Assembly (NCBI RefSeq): GCF_006345805.1
Contig: NW_021832842.1
Span: 1-64,000, forward strand
Reading direction: 5' to 3'
Origin: Octopus sinensis
Lineage: Eukaryota
Length of the DNA: 64,000 nucleotides
Shown here: in pieces, positions 21,009 through 33,420 of the stretch
How positions within the stretch are numbered: position 1 is the stretch's first letter
How the letters are laid out: each line of letters begins with the position of its first letter
Made by a program: the position numbers and the translations under genes
The notes under the pieces: generated by a model
Databases searched by the model: none
Seen by the model: the letters and a program-made list of their open reading frames with translations, nothing else
Told to the model about the DNA's origin: nothing

Positions 21009-23534
21009 TCATCTGGGCGACATATTGTACCAAAATACGGCCTCAACTGGTGGAATGTGACCCCTCTCTGACATGGCCTTGATGGTACGACGATGCCTTT
21101 CCACCACCCCATTTCCACTTGGCCGGTATGCCGCCCTGAAGAAGCGGTTGACCTTCCACTCATCAAGCATTTCTCTCAGCACATCCGAGCGAAATGCAGT
21201 GCCGTTGTCCAGAAGCAGTTCATCTACGGGGCCTCGTTCCAGGAATATCTCATTCAACACTTTCACAATTTCTTCTGCGGTCCCCGACTTCATCTCCCTC
21301 CATATGGCCAACCGCCCCGGTCCGCAGTCAACCATTGAGAGGTATGTCCCCTGCCGGTAGTGTGTTATGTCCACCGCCAGTCGTTTCCAGTCCTGATCCA
21401 CTGGAATACTTCCCGCCTCATGCACAACCGGAGCAGGGTCGATGGACTGGCACCTGTCAGAACTGCTAACCACTCTTTGCACGCTCTGTCTTGTTACGTC
21501 GGAGTCAACTTTTCTGGCTAGGAACAATGTCCTGTCCACACCCATGTGATGCATGGTGTGCAGTCTCCGCAATTCCGAGTCGCTCAGACGGCATACTGCA
21601 GCTACAGCCTGCTTCGCATCCTCTGGCACCTGCAACCAGGCTCGCTTTACCCTGGTCAGGACGTCTGCCCTGTTCTTCTCGGAAGGCACAAAGATCACGC
21701 TCAGCTTCAGATTGAACTCAGTAGTTAGTTCACGCAGTATTCCTAATCGACGCTTTACCAGCATCTCTGCAGCCCCTTTGGTCCGCACCCTCCGCTCATC
21801 GGTGATGACTGCTGTCGCCCAACCAAGTACTGTGGCCGAATCAGTCCTGATTTCTATGGTGTGCAACCCCCACTTCAAGGCTAGGTTCACCCCCTTCAAC
21901 ACGGCATCCAACTCCGCCACGTTGATATGATTGCAGTCATCCGTCTTCCTGAGCCAGGCTGCATCTTCCACCGTGACACCTCCCACTTCTAAGACAACCC
22001 CTATTGCGATGCTACTGGCATCACAACATACGATCCCGCTCTTTGATTTGGGAACATACCAGCTGCCCCTCACTGGGTCCTCTGCTCCTACTCTGACCAA
22101 GACTTCCTGCATCATGTCGATTGTCCTCTCCCCCACTCTGTCATTCCACTTCACTCCTTCGGCTCGTCTCTTGGTGAAGCTACATGCTGTCCGGAGCCAA
22201 CCTGCAATCGGGTAGTGTCCCACCAGCTTCCCACACACAGAGAACAGTTCCCGTCTACTCATGCTGGCGCCCAGTTCAGGGACGTCATTCCCTCGCCGGA
22301 ACCACAACGCGCCGGCCTTGTCTTTCCATAGCTTGAGGCCCAGTGCAGCACCTCCCTCCATTGCCTCTGGCGGCTTGGCGATCAGTCCAAAACTCTTCAG
22401 ATGGCCTATGACCTCCGTTGCTGGTATCACGGTTTCATCCACCAGAATGTCATCGATGTATGAATTGGTGGCCCTTTTTACTCTGTCCATCTTCCCCAGG
22501 ATGGCCTTGAGAATTGTTGCCATAATCTTTGGCGCTGAATTCAGCCCGAATCCCAACCTGGTCAGACAGTACGTCCGGCCCCTATACCTGACGAGCTGGT
22601 ACTTCCATAATTTCTCAGCCACATGCACCTGTAGGTATGCCGACTTCAAATCAACAATCATGGAGGCCCCCGTCGTCTGCCTCCACTCTCGCAAGGTGTC
22701 TCCGCAGACATCCGTGGCCTCGCCGCCTGTATGACACGACACGTGGTCATTCAGCTCTCGGAAGTCAAGCACTGGCCTGACCTTATGCTTTGTGGGCTGT
22801 ATCACCGCCATGAGTGGCAGGACTCTGCTGTCTTCTTTTTCCCAAGGGATCAATATGCCCTCCTTAATCCACCGCTCCACCTCCCCCTCGAACTCACTTC
22901 TGGCATCTCCTTTTAGAGTATGCTGATAGCAGCCCACTTTATTCTTTAACATCGGGGGCTCTCCCTTCCAGTGCCACTCCACTGTCCACCTCTTGCCATC
23001 AAAGACAGCCCGAAAATCCTGGTCTTCAATGGTGTGTGCCACATCCTTTTCCTCACGGTTGTCGCCGGTGCACGGTCTCGCCCTACACGGTTTCCCCGCT
23101 AACCCAAAGGTTACACCAGCCTCGTTAACGGTGACACCCCCCAAGCGGGTGATTGCATCCATCCCCATCACCACGTCAATCTCGTCCACCAAGTGACCAA
23201 CCACAATCTCTCGCAACGTCAGCTGTAGTCCCTGCACTAGAATCTGCGCATCCGTAACCCCTTCGCAGTGTACTTCTCTTCCGTCGACAGCCCTAACACT
23301 GCTTCCTCCACTCCATGTCTCTTCCACTTCTGTAGTCATCAGGGTCGTTGTACAGCCCGTGTCCACCAGGGCTCGTGACATCTTCCCCTTCACTAGAATG
23401 TCGACCACAGGTAGCGATGATAAACGCGCCACTACTGATCTAAAGGGACAACTACCAGCGCAGTAGTCTCCCGCAGTCCGTTTCCCCGCAGACACTCGCT
23501 GGCTACCTGCCCCGGCTCTCGACACCGGTAGCAA
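21009..23534 (-). CDS. pol: Pol (protease, RT, RNase H, integrase); integrase tail continues past a TGA and a frameshift to ~20700
   Basis: ALVDTGC (PR); VRPVLDFRELN, LGFGLNSAP, YIDD (RT); CDASS..E..TDS (RH); LAVDIT..DNG..F..NGVVER (IN). After the stop at 21009 the frame continues GQAEESVPHRAIFRYEWR. Confidence 0.93.
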   Translation of the reverse strand: MLPVSRAGAGSQRVSAGKRTAGDYCAGSCPFRSVVARLSSLPVVDILVKGKMSRALVDTGCTTTLMTTEVEETWSGGSSVRAVDGREVHCEGVTDAQILVQGLQLTLREIVVGHLVDEIDVVMGMDAITRLGGVTVNEAGVTFGLAGKPCRARPCTGDNREEKDVAHTIEDQDFRAVFDGKRWTVEWHWKGEPPMLKNKVGCYQHTLKGDARSEFEGEVERWIKEGILIPWEKEDSRVLPLMAVIQPTKHKVRPVLDFRELNDHVSCHTGGEATDVCGDTLREWRQTTGASMIVDLKSAYLQVHVAEKLWKYQLVRYRGRTYCLTRLGFGLNSAPKIMATILKAILGKMDRVKRATNSYIDDILVDETVIPATEVIGHLKSFGLIAKPPEAMEGGAALGLKLWKDKAGALWFRRGNDVPELGASMSRRELFSVCGKLVGHYPIAGWLRTACSFTKRRAEGVKWNDRVGERTIDMMQEVLVRVGAEDPVRGSWYVPKSKSGIVCCDASSIAIGVVLEVGGVTVEDAAWLRKTDDCNHINVAELDAVLKGVNLALKWGLHTIEIRTDSATVLGWATAVITDERRVRTKGAAEMLVKRRLGILRELTTEFNLKLSVIFVPSEKNRADVLTRVKRAWLQVPEDAKQAVAAVCRLSDSELRRLHTMHHMGVDRTLFLARKVDSDVTRQSVQRVVSSSDRCQSIDPAPVVHEAGSIPVDQDWKRLAVDITHYRQGTYLSMVDCGPGRLAIWREMKSGTAEEIVKVLNEIFLERGPVDELLLDNGTAFRSDVLREMLDEWKVNRFFRAAYRPSGNGVVERHRRTIKAMSERGHIPPVEAVFWYNMSPR
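23411..23447 (-). promoter_or_regulatory. -1 programmed ribosomal frameshift signal at the gag/pol overlap
   Basis: C CCU UUA in the gag frame (23441-23447), 5 nt spacer, then hairpin GUAGUGG/UCGCUAC (23411-23435); pol is in the -1 frame. Copy 2 at 29564-29600. Confidence 0.75.
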
Positions 23535-24193
23535 ATCAGCTCAGGCTTGGGCGACACGCAGTCACGCACCATGTGTGGACCTTGGCACCGGAAACACTGT
23601 CCTTTGAACGGTCGCACACGTTCTTTCTTCAGCCCCTCTCCGCTGCTCCTAGCTGGGCCACTTTTCGACGTTGCAGTCGCTGCTACCGACGTCATCATGC
23701 TGCACGAAACTAGTACACGTGCCCGAGATATGATGTCAGCCATCGGCATCGAATGCACGTTCTGGAGCTTCTGTAGCTCGACCGACATGATGTCGGGAAA
23801 ACCGGTCACGAACGCCAACCTAACCGTCCGTTCCAGCGACTCTCCCTCGTAACCCGCCAATTTAGCCAGTCTTCTAAGCTCATTGGTAAACACGTCCACC
23901 TGTTGCCCAGTCCATCTCATTCTACCCAGGCGAGCGCATGCCTCGAACATTCCCTCCGCTAAGGCCTCCATCAGTCGGATTTCTACTTTCACCGCGCTAA
24001 GTTGGTCCGTCTCCTCCATCTCTAAATATAACGCCAACGCCGGGCCATCCAAGTACAGCAGCATGAAGCTCGCCAGGTCACCTATACCATGGAGCTTCGC
24101 CACCAACTTCACTCTCTTCAACCAAGTGACCACATCTGTGTCGCCGCAAAACGGTGTAATAAGTTCGTGCGAAACCCGAGCACTCTGCATCAT
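23432..24193 (-). CDS. gag: Gag with two CCHC-type zinc knuckles
   Basis: 253 aa ORF containing CFRCQGPHMVRDC and CYRCREPGQVASEC (H to Q in the second knuckle). Confidence 0.9.
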   Translation of the reverse strand: MMQSARVSHELITPFCGDTDVVTWLKRVKLVAKLHGIGDLASFMLLYLDGPALALYLEMEETDQLSAVKVEIRLMEALAEGMFEACARLGRMRWTGQQVDVFTNELRRLAKLAGYEGESLERTVRLAFVTGFPDIMSVELQKLQNVHSMPMADIISRARVLVSCSMMTSVAATATSKSGPARSSGEGLKKERVRPFKGQCFRCQGPHMVRDCVSPKPELICYRCREPGQVASECLRGNGLRETTALVVVPLDQ

Positions 24194-24223
24194 TTTTTTA
24201 TTTATAAAACCGAGTGTTTATAT

Positions 24224-24235
24224 GCCGAAATAGCT
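24224..24235 (-). promoter_or_regulatory. Non-canonical primer-binding site complementary to tRNA-Phe nt 1-12
   Basis: Element-sense AGCTATTTCGGC directly abuts the 5' LTR end; the plus strand reads GCCGAAATAGCT, the 5' end of metazoan tRNA-Phe(GAA) as I recall it. Same at 30378-30389. Confidence 0.75.
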
Positions 24236-24521
24236 TGTGGTGTGAACGATGAAAGAGGACAACAGAAATAAGGGAGAATGGAAATACAATCGGGCCTACC
24301 TCGACGAAGATTAGTTCGGATCCCTCTCAGCCAACTCGATACGTCTCGTGCCTTCGTCGTCTCTACAGCAACTCATCGATCCCACACGTGCGTCCTCCCT
24401 GCCGCTTCCGCTTCCTGCCGCGCATGCGCCCAGAAGCCCTACTTCCGCCCTCCCCTTCTGTCATCCTCTCAACAACACCACAATAATAATGATAATAATA
24501 ATATAATAATAATAATAATAA

Positions 24522-24552
<31 letters not shown>

Positions 24553-26401
24553 AAGAAGAAGAAAGAGAAAAAGATGGTATTGGCACACATCAGAAAAGGT
24601 CACAGAAAACGAGAAAGACCATACTCTGGGATATTCCGATACACACAGAGGAGAAATTAAGGCCAACAGACCAGATATAGTTGTCAGAGATCATGAAGAA
24701 AAAAATGCTTTCTAATTGATGTATCAATACCGGCAGGTGACAACGTGTCTCTAAAAGAAATAGAGAAACTTTCAAAATACAAAGACCTGGAAATAGAGGT
24801 AACCAGAATGTGGAATCTAAAAGCAGAAACAATTCCTATCATAGTAGGTGCATTAGGCATGATAAAAAAAAATTCAGACAAATACATAACAAAAACTACA
24901 GGACTTACAAACACATATGACATAGAGAAAATTGCACTACTAGGCACTGCATATATATATATATATGTATAGGCAAAAGGCCTGAAATTTAAGAAAATTA
25001 CATCGACCCCTGTACGCAATTGACACTGATTTCCTCAGCCGAAAGGATGAAATGCGAAGTAGACCTCAGTGGAATTTCAATTCAGAACGTAAAAGCGGGA
25101 GAAATACTGCAAAGAATTTTACCCAGTGTGCTAATGTTTTTGTTGCAGTCTCAAATGCTCAATTCCCATATATATCATTTATTTTAATTTAATCCCCATC
25201 TCAGATCCTAGTGTCATAAATCTGGCATGAAATAAAATTTAACATAATGAACTGCAGGGAGTTACATATGTAGTTAATTCAATCATTATCTTACGGGTTG
25301 TGAAAATGAACCAGACTGCCTACCTGCCTCTTTTCTCTTTCCTATCCCCAACATGTTCACTAACTGCCCTGTAAGCTATAAATCTTTTGAACGCCTTACG
25401 CACTAGCTAACCATATAATGTCTTTCTAGCTTTGCTATGTTCTCTCATTCAAAGCTAGCCTCAGCTGGAATCAGCTTCGGCTGGCCCACTGTGGTGAAAT
25501 GTTGTTCATATATTGTTTGAAATGTTATGCATCACCTAATGAAAGCGTTTCTTTTTGTTATGATACAATGTACTTATTAATCCATTAAAGATATCCGCAG
25601 GAAACAGCTGTAATGAAGTGGCGCGTATCCATCGTTTTGTTAATTTTTTGTTCATAATGCACCTCATTGGAATTCCGACCCGTCTGGAGTATACCAAATA
25701 CTGTACGACCAATATAATGTAGAGTATTTGGTTTGGCCATTAGGCTATTAGAATACTCATGAGGTTTAAATTCTCTCTATATATAACCTGAATATTTCTG
25801 GATGTACTTCTGTACCCATGATATTTATTCGACTTAAGTGGCTGCTTACAAATCAATTCGACCCAACCTGATATCTATAATTTAAGTACCCGATTCTTTC
25901 CAATCTTTAATATCGTATATATATATATATATGTATTTATTTATGTGTCTGTGTTTTTGTGTCTCCTCAGGCTGATGTACAGAAAATTGCAGGAAGTACA
26001 GTATTACCAGTGGTAGGTGAAAAGAATTTCTTTGACCGCGTGGTTGGACAGGAAATAGATGGCGACAGTGCATCTGTATTGGGTAGGGAATCATTGGGGC
26101 TTGTGAGCATATGAGCTTGTGTGCACGTATGCCCGTGCACATGTGAGTGTGTGGGTGGGTGTATATTTATAAGTAGGTTTTTGTGCTTGTGATGGCTACT
26201 CAACCTGAATAAAATTCTAACTGGGCTTCACTTGCATGGTCATGCGCTGTTTAACTTGACATGAAATCATCATGTCGCACACATGTAGCTGTGATACATG
26301 TGCTTGGAGTATCCTCATTGGACGGGTAGTCATGATGGGTGTACTGGGCCGTATATTTGTACCCCAGTCTCACTTTGATGACACACTCTGCTCTCTCACT
26401 C

Positions 26402-26432
<31 letters not shown>

Positions 26433-26442
26433 ATAATAATAA

Positions 26443-29400
26443 TGTGTTGTGAACGATGAAAGAGGACAACAGAAAAAAGGGAGAATGGAAATACAATCGG
26501 GCCTTACCTCGTCGAAGATTATTTCGGATCCCTCTCAGCCAACTCGATACGTCTCGTACCTTCGTTGTCTCTACAGCAACTCGTCGATCCCACACGTGCG
26601 TCCTCCCTGCTGCTTCCGCTTCCTGCCGCGCATGCGCTCTGCAAGCCTTACTTCCGCCCTCCCCTATCTGTCATCCTCTCACGAACACCACACGCCCCCC
26701 TGATCTACAGATCACTGAACCGGCTTTCTCACTCGCTCCCGCACCTGAAACTGGTTTCATAATCAGCCAACCAGGGAGGAGGGTGCCGTACCCTCTGTGG
26801 TCGCTGTGCGACCCTAGGACTTGTTCCTGTGTGTTGCTGATGGCCTCGTCATCCTGTTTGTTGTTTTCGTCTTGCCCACTGCTGCTGGTCCCATCCTCTG
26901 GGGCATGGACAATCCTCCGTATATCCAAAACGTGGCGTGGCATACCATCGACCGAGGTGTTATGTTTTTGAATTTACAGAGGTTATTGTCCCCTTTCCCC
27001 ATTGCGATGTACACCGCGCGTTTGGGGGTTTTACCCAGACTTCCTCCCCGACCTGCACGAAAGCGTGCTCTTCCTCTGCCCCGGGTCGCATTGATGTAGT
27101 ACACGGATGCCTCCACTCGTACCTGAATATTGCCCTGTGTGGCACCGACTCCTCAGCCTGTCCTCATCTGGGCGACATATTGTACCAAAATACGGCCTCA
27201 ACTGGTGGAATGTGACCCCTCTCTGACATGGCCTTGATGGTACGACGATGCCTTTCCACCACCCCATTTCCACTTGGCCGGTATGCCGCCCTGAAGAAGC
27301 GGTTGACCTTCCACTCATCAAGCATTTCTCTCAGCACATCCGAGCGAAATGCAGTGCCGTTGTCCAGAAGCAGTTCATCTACGGGGCCTCGTTCCAGGAA
27401 TATCTCATTCAACACTTTCACAATTTCTTCTGCGGTCCCCGACTTCATCTCCCTCCATATGGCCAACCGCCCCGGTCCGCAGTCAACCATTGAGAGGTAT
27501 GTCCCCTGCCGGTAGTGTGTTATGTCCACCGCCAGTCGTTTCCAGTCCTGATCCACTGGAATACATCCCGCCTCATGCACAACCGGAGCAGGGTCGATGG
27601 ACTGGCACCTGTCAGAACTGCTAACCACTCTTTGCACGCTCTGTCTTGTTACGTCGGAGTCAACTTTTCTGGCTAGGAACAATGTCCTGTCCACACCCAT
27701 GTGATGCATGGTGTGCAGTCTCCGCAATTCCGAGTCGCTCAGACGGCATACTGCAGCTACAGCCTGCTTCGCATCCTCTGGCACCTGCAACCAGGCTCGC
27801 TTTACCCTGGTCAGGACGTCTGCCCTGTTCTTCTCGGAAAGCACAAAGATCACGCTCAGCTTCAGATTGAACTCAGTAGTTAGTTCACGCAGTATTCCTA
27901 ATCGACGCTTTACCAGCATCTCTGCAGCCCCTTTGGTCCGCACCCTCCGCTCATCGGTGATGACTGCTGTCGCCCAACCAAGTACTGTGGCCGAATCAGT
28001 CCTGATTTCTATGGTGTGCAACCCCCACTTCAAGGCTAGGTTCACCCCCTTCAACACGGCATCCAACTCCGCCACGTTGATATGATTGCAGTCATCCGTC
28101 TTCCTGAGCCAGGCTGCATCTTCCACCGTGACACCTCCCACTTCTAAGACAACCCCTATTGCGATGCTACTGGCGTCACAACATACGATCCCGCTCTTTG
28201 ATTTGGGAACATACCAGCTGCCCATCACTGGGTCCTCTGCTCCTACTCTGACCAAGACTTCCTGCATCATGTCGATTGTCCTCTCCCCCACTCTGTCATT
28301 CCACTTCACTCCTTCGGCTCGTCTCTTGGTGAAGCTACATGCTGTCCGGAGCCAACCTGCAATCGGGTAGTGTCCCACCAGCTTCCCACACACAGAGAAC
28401 AGTTCCCGTCTACTCATGCTGGCGCCCAGTTCAGGGACGTCATTCCCTCGCCGGAACCACAACGCGCCGGCCTTGTCTTTCCATAGCTTGAGGCCCAGTG
28501 CAGCACCTCCCTCCATTGCCTCTGGCGGCTTGGCGATCAGTCCAAAACTCTTCAGATGGCCTATGACCTCCGTTGCTGGTATCACGGTTTCATCCACCAG
28601 AATGTCATCGATGTATGAATTGGTGGCCCTTTTTACTCTGTCCATCTTCCCCAGGATGGCCTTGAGAATTGTTGCCATAATCTTTGGCGCTGAATTCAGC
28701 CCGAATCCCAACCTGGTCAGACAGTACGTCCGGCCCCTATACCTGACGAGCTGGTACTTCCATAATTTCTCAGCCACATGCACCTGTAGGTATGCCGACT
28801 TCAAATCAACAATCATGGAGGCCCCCGTCGTCTGCCTCCACTCTCGCAAGGTGTCTCCGCAGACATCCGTGGCCTCGCCGCCTGTATGACACGACACGTG
28901 GTCATTCAGCTCTCGGAAGTCAAGCACTGGCCTGACCTTATGCTTTGTGGGCTGTATCACCGCCATGAGTGGCAGGACTCTGCTGTCTTCTTTTTCCCAA
29001 GGGATCAATATGCCCTCCTTAATCCACCGCTCCACCTCCCCCTCGAACTCACTTCTGGCATCTCCTTTTAGAGTATGCTGATAGCAGCCCACTTTATTCT
29101 TTAACATCGGGGGCTCTCCCTTCCAGTGCCACTCCACTGTCCACCTCTTGCCATCAAAGACAGCCCGAAAATCCTGGTCTTCAATGGTGTGTGCCACATC
29201 CTTTTCCTCACGGTTGTCGCCGGTGCACGGTCTCGCCCTACACGGTTTCCCCGCTAACCCAAAGGTTACACCAGCCTCGTTAACGGTGACACCCCCCAAG
29301 CGGGTGATTGCATCCATCCCCATCACCACGTCAATCTCGTCCACCAAGTGACCAACCACAATCTCTCGCAACGTCAGCTGTAGTCCCTGCACTAGAATCT

Positions 29401-30637
29401 GCGCATCCGTAACCCCTTCGCAGTGTACTTCTCTTCCGTCGACAGCCCTAACACTGCTTCCTCCACTCCATGTCTCCCACTTCTGTAGTCATCAGGGTCG
29501 TTGTACAGCCCGTGTCCACCAGGGCTCGTGACATCTTCCCCTTCACTAGAATGTCGACCACAGGTAGCGATGATAAACGCGCCGCTACTGATCTAAAGGG
29601 ACAACTACCAGCGCAGTAGTCTCCCGCAGTCCGTTTCCCCGCAGACACTCGCTGGCTACCTGCCCCGGCTCTCGACACCGGTAGCAAATCAGCTCAGGCT
29701 TGGGCGACACGCAGTCACGCACCATGTGTGGACCTTGGCACCGGAAACACTGTCCTTTGAACGGTCGCACACGTTCTTTCTTCAGCCCCTCTCCGCTGCT
29801 CCTAGCTGGGCCACTTTTCGACGTTGCAGTCGCTGCTACCGACGTCATCATGCTGCACGAAACTAGTACACGTGCCCGAGATATGATGTCAGCCATCGGC
29901 ATCGAATGCACGTTCTGGAGCTTCTGTAGCTCGACCGACATGATGTCGGGAAAACCGGTCACGAACGCCAACCTAACCGTCCGTTCCAGCGACTCTCCCT
30001 CGTAACCCGCCAATTTAGCCAGTCTTCTAAGCTCATTGGTAAACACGTCCACCTGTTGCCCAGTCCATCTCATTCTACCCAGGCGAGCGCATGCCTCGAA
30101 CATTCCCTCCGCTAAGGCCTCCATCAGTCGGATTTCTACTTTCACCGCGCTAAGTTGGTCCGTCTCCTCCATCTCTAAATATAACGCCAACGCCGGGCCA
30201 TCCAAGTACAGCAGCATGAAGCTCGCCAGGTCACCTATACCATGGAGCTTCGCCACCAACTTCACTCTCTTCAACAAGTGACCACATCTGTGTCGCCGCA
30301 AAACGGTGTAATAAATAAGTTCGTGCGAAACCCGAGCACTCTGCATCATTTTTATTTATAAAACCGAGTGTTTATATGCCGAAATAGCTTGTGGTGTGAA
30401 CGATGAAAGAGGACAACAGAAATAAGGGAGAATGGAAATACAATCGGGCCTAACCTCGACGAAGATTAGTTCGGATCCCTCTCAGCCAACTCGATACGTC
30501 TCGTGCCTTCGTCGTCTCTACAGCAACTCATCGATCCCACACGTGCGTCCTCCCTGCCGCTTCCGCTTCCTGCCGCGCATGCGCCCAGAAGCCCTACTTC
30601 CGCCCTCCCCTTCTGTCATCCTCTCAACAACACCACA
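26443..30637 (-). mobile_element. Ty3/gypsy LTR retrotransposon, copy 2 (duplicate of copy 1)
   Basis: LTRs 26443-26692 and 30390-30637. Only a handful of substitutions plus small indels versus copy 1; these indels break gag and the protease region. Confidence 0.97.
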
Positions 30638-30646
30638 ATAATAATG

Positions 30647-30708
<62 letters not shown>

Positions 30709-32612
30709 AAGAAGAAGAAGAAGAAGAAAAGAAAAAAGATGGTATTGGCACACATCAGAAAAGGTCACAGAAAACGAGAAAGACCATACTCTGGGATATT
30801 CCGATACACACAGAGGAGAAATTAAGGCCAACAGACCAGATATAGTTGTCAGAGATCATGAAGAAAAAAATGCTTTCTAATTGATGTATCAATACCGGCA
30901 GGTGACAACGTGTCTCTAAAAGAAATAGAGAAACTTTCAAAATACAAAGACCTGGAAATAGAGGTAACCAGAATGTGGAATCTAAAAGCAGAAACAATTC
31001 CTATCATAGTAGGTGCATTAGGCATGATAAAAAAATATTCAGACAAATACATAACAAAAACTACAGGACTTACAAACACATATGACATAGAGAAAATTGC
31101 ACTACTAGGCACTGCATATATATATATATATATGTATAGGCAAAAGGCCTGAAATTTAAGAAAATTACATCGACCCCTGTACGCAATTGACACTGATTTC
31201 CTCAGCCGAAAGGATGAAATGCGAAGTAGACCTCAGTGGAATTTGAATTCAGAACGTAAAAGCGGGAGAAATACTGCAAAGAATTTTACCCAGTGTGCTA
31301 ATGTTTTTGTTGCAGTCTCAAATGCTCAATTCCCATATATATCATTTATTTTAATTTAATCCCCATCTCAGATCCTAGTGTCATAAATCTGGCATGAAAT
31401 AAAATTTAACATAATGAACTGCAGGGAGTTACATATGTAGTTAATTCAATCATTATCTTACGGGTTGTGAAAATGAACCAGACTGCCTACCTGCCTCTTT
31501 TCTCTTTCCTATCCCCAACATGTTCACTAACTGCCCTGTAAGCTATAAATCTTTTGAACGCCTTACGCACTAGCTAACCATATAATGTCTTTCTAGCTTT
31601 GCTATGTTCTCTCATTCAAAGCTAGCCTCAGCTGGAATCAGCTTCGGCTGGCCCACTGTGGTGAAATGTTGTTCATATATTGTTTGAAATGTTATGCATC
31701 ACCTAATGAAAGCGTTTCTTTTTGTTATGATACAATGTACTTATTAATCCATTAAAGATATCCGCAGGAAACAGCTGTAATGAAGTAAACGTATCCATCG
31801 TTTTGTTAATTTTTTGTTCATAATGCACCTCATTGGAATTCCGACCCGTCTGGAGTATACCAAATACTGTACGACCAATATAATGTAGAGTATTTGGTTT
31901 GGCCATTAGGCTATTAGAATACTCATGAGGTTTAAATTCTCTCTATATATAACCTGAATATTTCTGGATGTACTTCTGTACCCATGATATTTATTCGACT
32001 TAAGTGGCTGCTTACAAATCAATTCGACCCAACCTGATATCTATAATTTAAGTACCCGATTCTTTCCAATCTTTAATATCGTATATATATATATATATGT
32101 ATTTATTTATGTGTCTGTGTTTTTGTGTCTCCTCAGGCTGATGTACAGAAAATTGCAGGAAGTACAGTATTACCAGTGGTAGGTGAAAAGAATTTCTTTG
32201 ACCGCGTGGTTGGACAGGAAATAGATGGCGACAGTGCATCTGTATTGGGTAGGGAATCATTGGGGCTTGTGAGCATATGAGCTTGTGTGCACGTATGCCC
32301 GTGCACATGTGAGTGTGTGGGTGGGTGTATATTTATAAGTAGGTTTCTGTGCGTGTGATGGGCTACTCAACCTGAATAAAATTCTAACTGGTCCTTACTT
32401 GCATGGTCATGCGCTGTTTAACTTGACATGAAACCATCATGTCGCGCACATGTAGCTGTGATACATGTGCTTGGAGTATCCTCATTGGACGGGTAGTCAT
32501 GATGGGTGTACTGGGCACCGTATATTTGTACCCCAGGGTCACTTTGATGACACGCTTGCTCTCTCACTCAATAATAATAATAATAATAATGATAATAATA
32601 AAAATGATAAGG

Positions 32613-32658
<46 letters not shown>

Positions 32659-32731
32659 TAATAATAATAATAACAACAACAACAACAATAATAATAATAA
32701 TGATAATAATAATAATAACAACAACAACAAC

Positions 32732-32780
<49 letters not shown>

Positions 32781-33339
32781 GAAAAGAAGAAGAAGAAGAA
32801 GAAGAAGAAGAAGAAGAAGAAAAAAGATGGTATTGGCACACACGAGAAAAGGTCAAAGAAAACGAGAAAGCAACCATACTCTGGGATATGACGATATACA
32901 CAGAGGAGAAATTAAGGCCAACAGACCAGATATAGTTGTCAGAGATCATGAAGAAAAAAAAATGCTTTCTAATTGATGTATCAATACCGGCAGGTGACAA
33001 CGTGTCTCTAAAAGAAATGGAGAAACTTTCAAAATACAAAGACCTGGAAATAGAGGTAACCAGAATGTGGAATCTAAAAGCAGAAACAATTCCTATCATG
33101 GTAGGTGCATCAGGCATGATAAAAAATATTCAGACAAATACATAACAAAAACACCAGGTTTTACAAACACATGCCATAGAGAAAATTGCACTACTAGGCA
33201 CAGCACACATCCTACGCAGAACACTTTCCATACAATAACCATCAGAGCATCACAACAAATCACAGCACATACCAAAGGCACACAGAGCTGCGCTCGGTAG
33301 TGAAGTCAAAGCACGCTATAAAAATAAAACTACTGAATG

Positions 33340-33420
<81 letters not shown>

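Larger units (their letters stand above)
20287..24482 (-). mobile_element. Ty3/gypsy LTR retrotransposon, copy 1
   Basis: LTRs 20287-20536 and 24236-24482 (TG...CA); ATAAT on both flanks (5 bp TSD inside a TAA tract); PPT AGGGGGGCG at 20537-20545; gag, then PR-RT-RH-IN order. Confidence 0.97.

Noticed and set aside
21073-23852. Many plus-strand ORFs over the gypsy element (and 27228-30281)
   Set aside because: Antisense shadows of GC-richer gag/pol with no recognisable motifs.
24221-24235. Canonical tRNA-Phe 3'-end PBS (TGGTGCCGAAACCC)
   Set aside because: TGCCGAAA appears only on the strand opposite to the element, lacks TGG and CCC, and simply reflects acceptor-stem symmetry.
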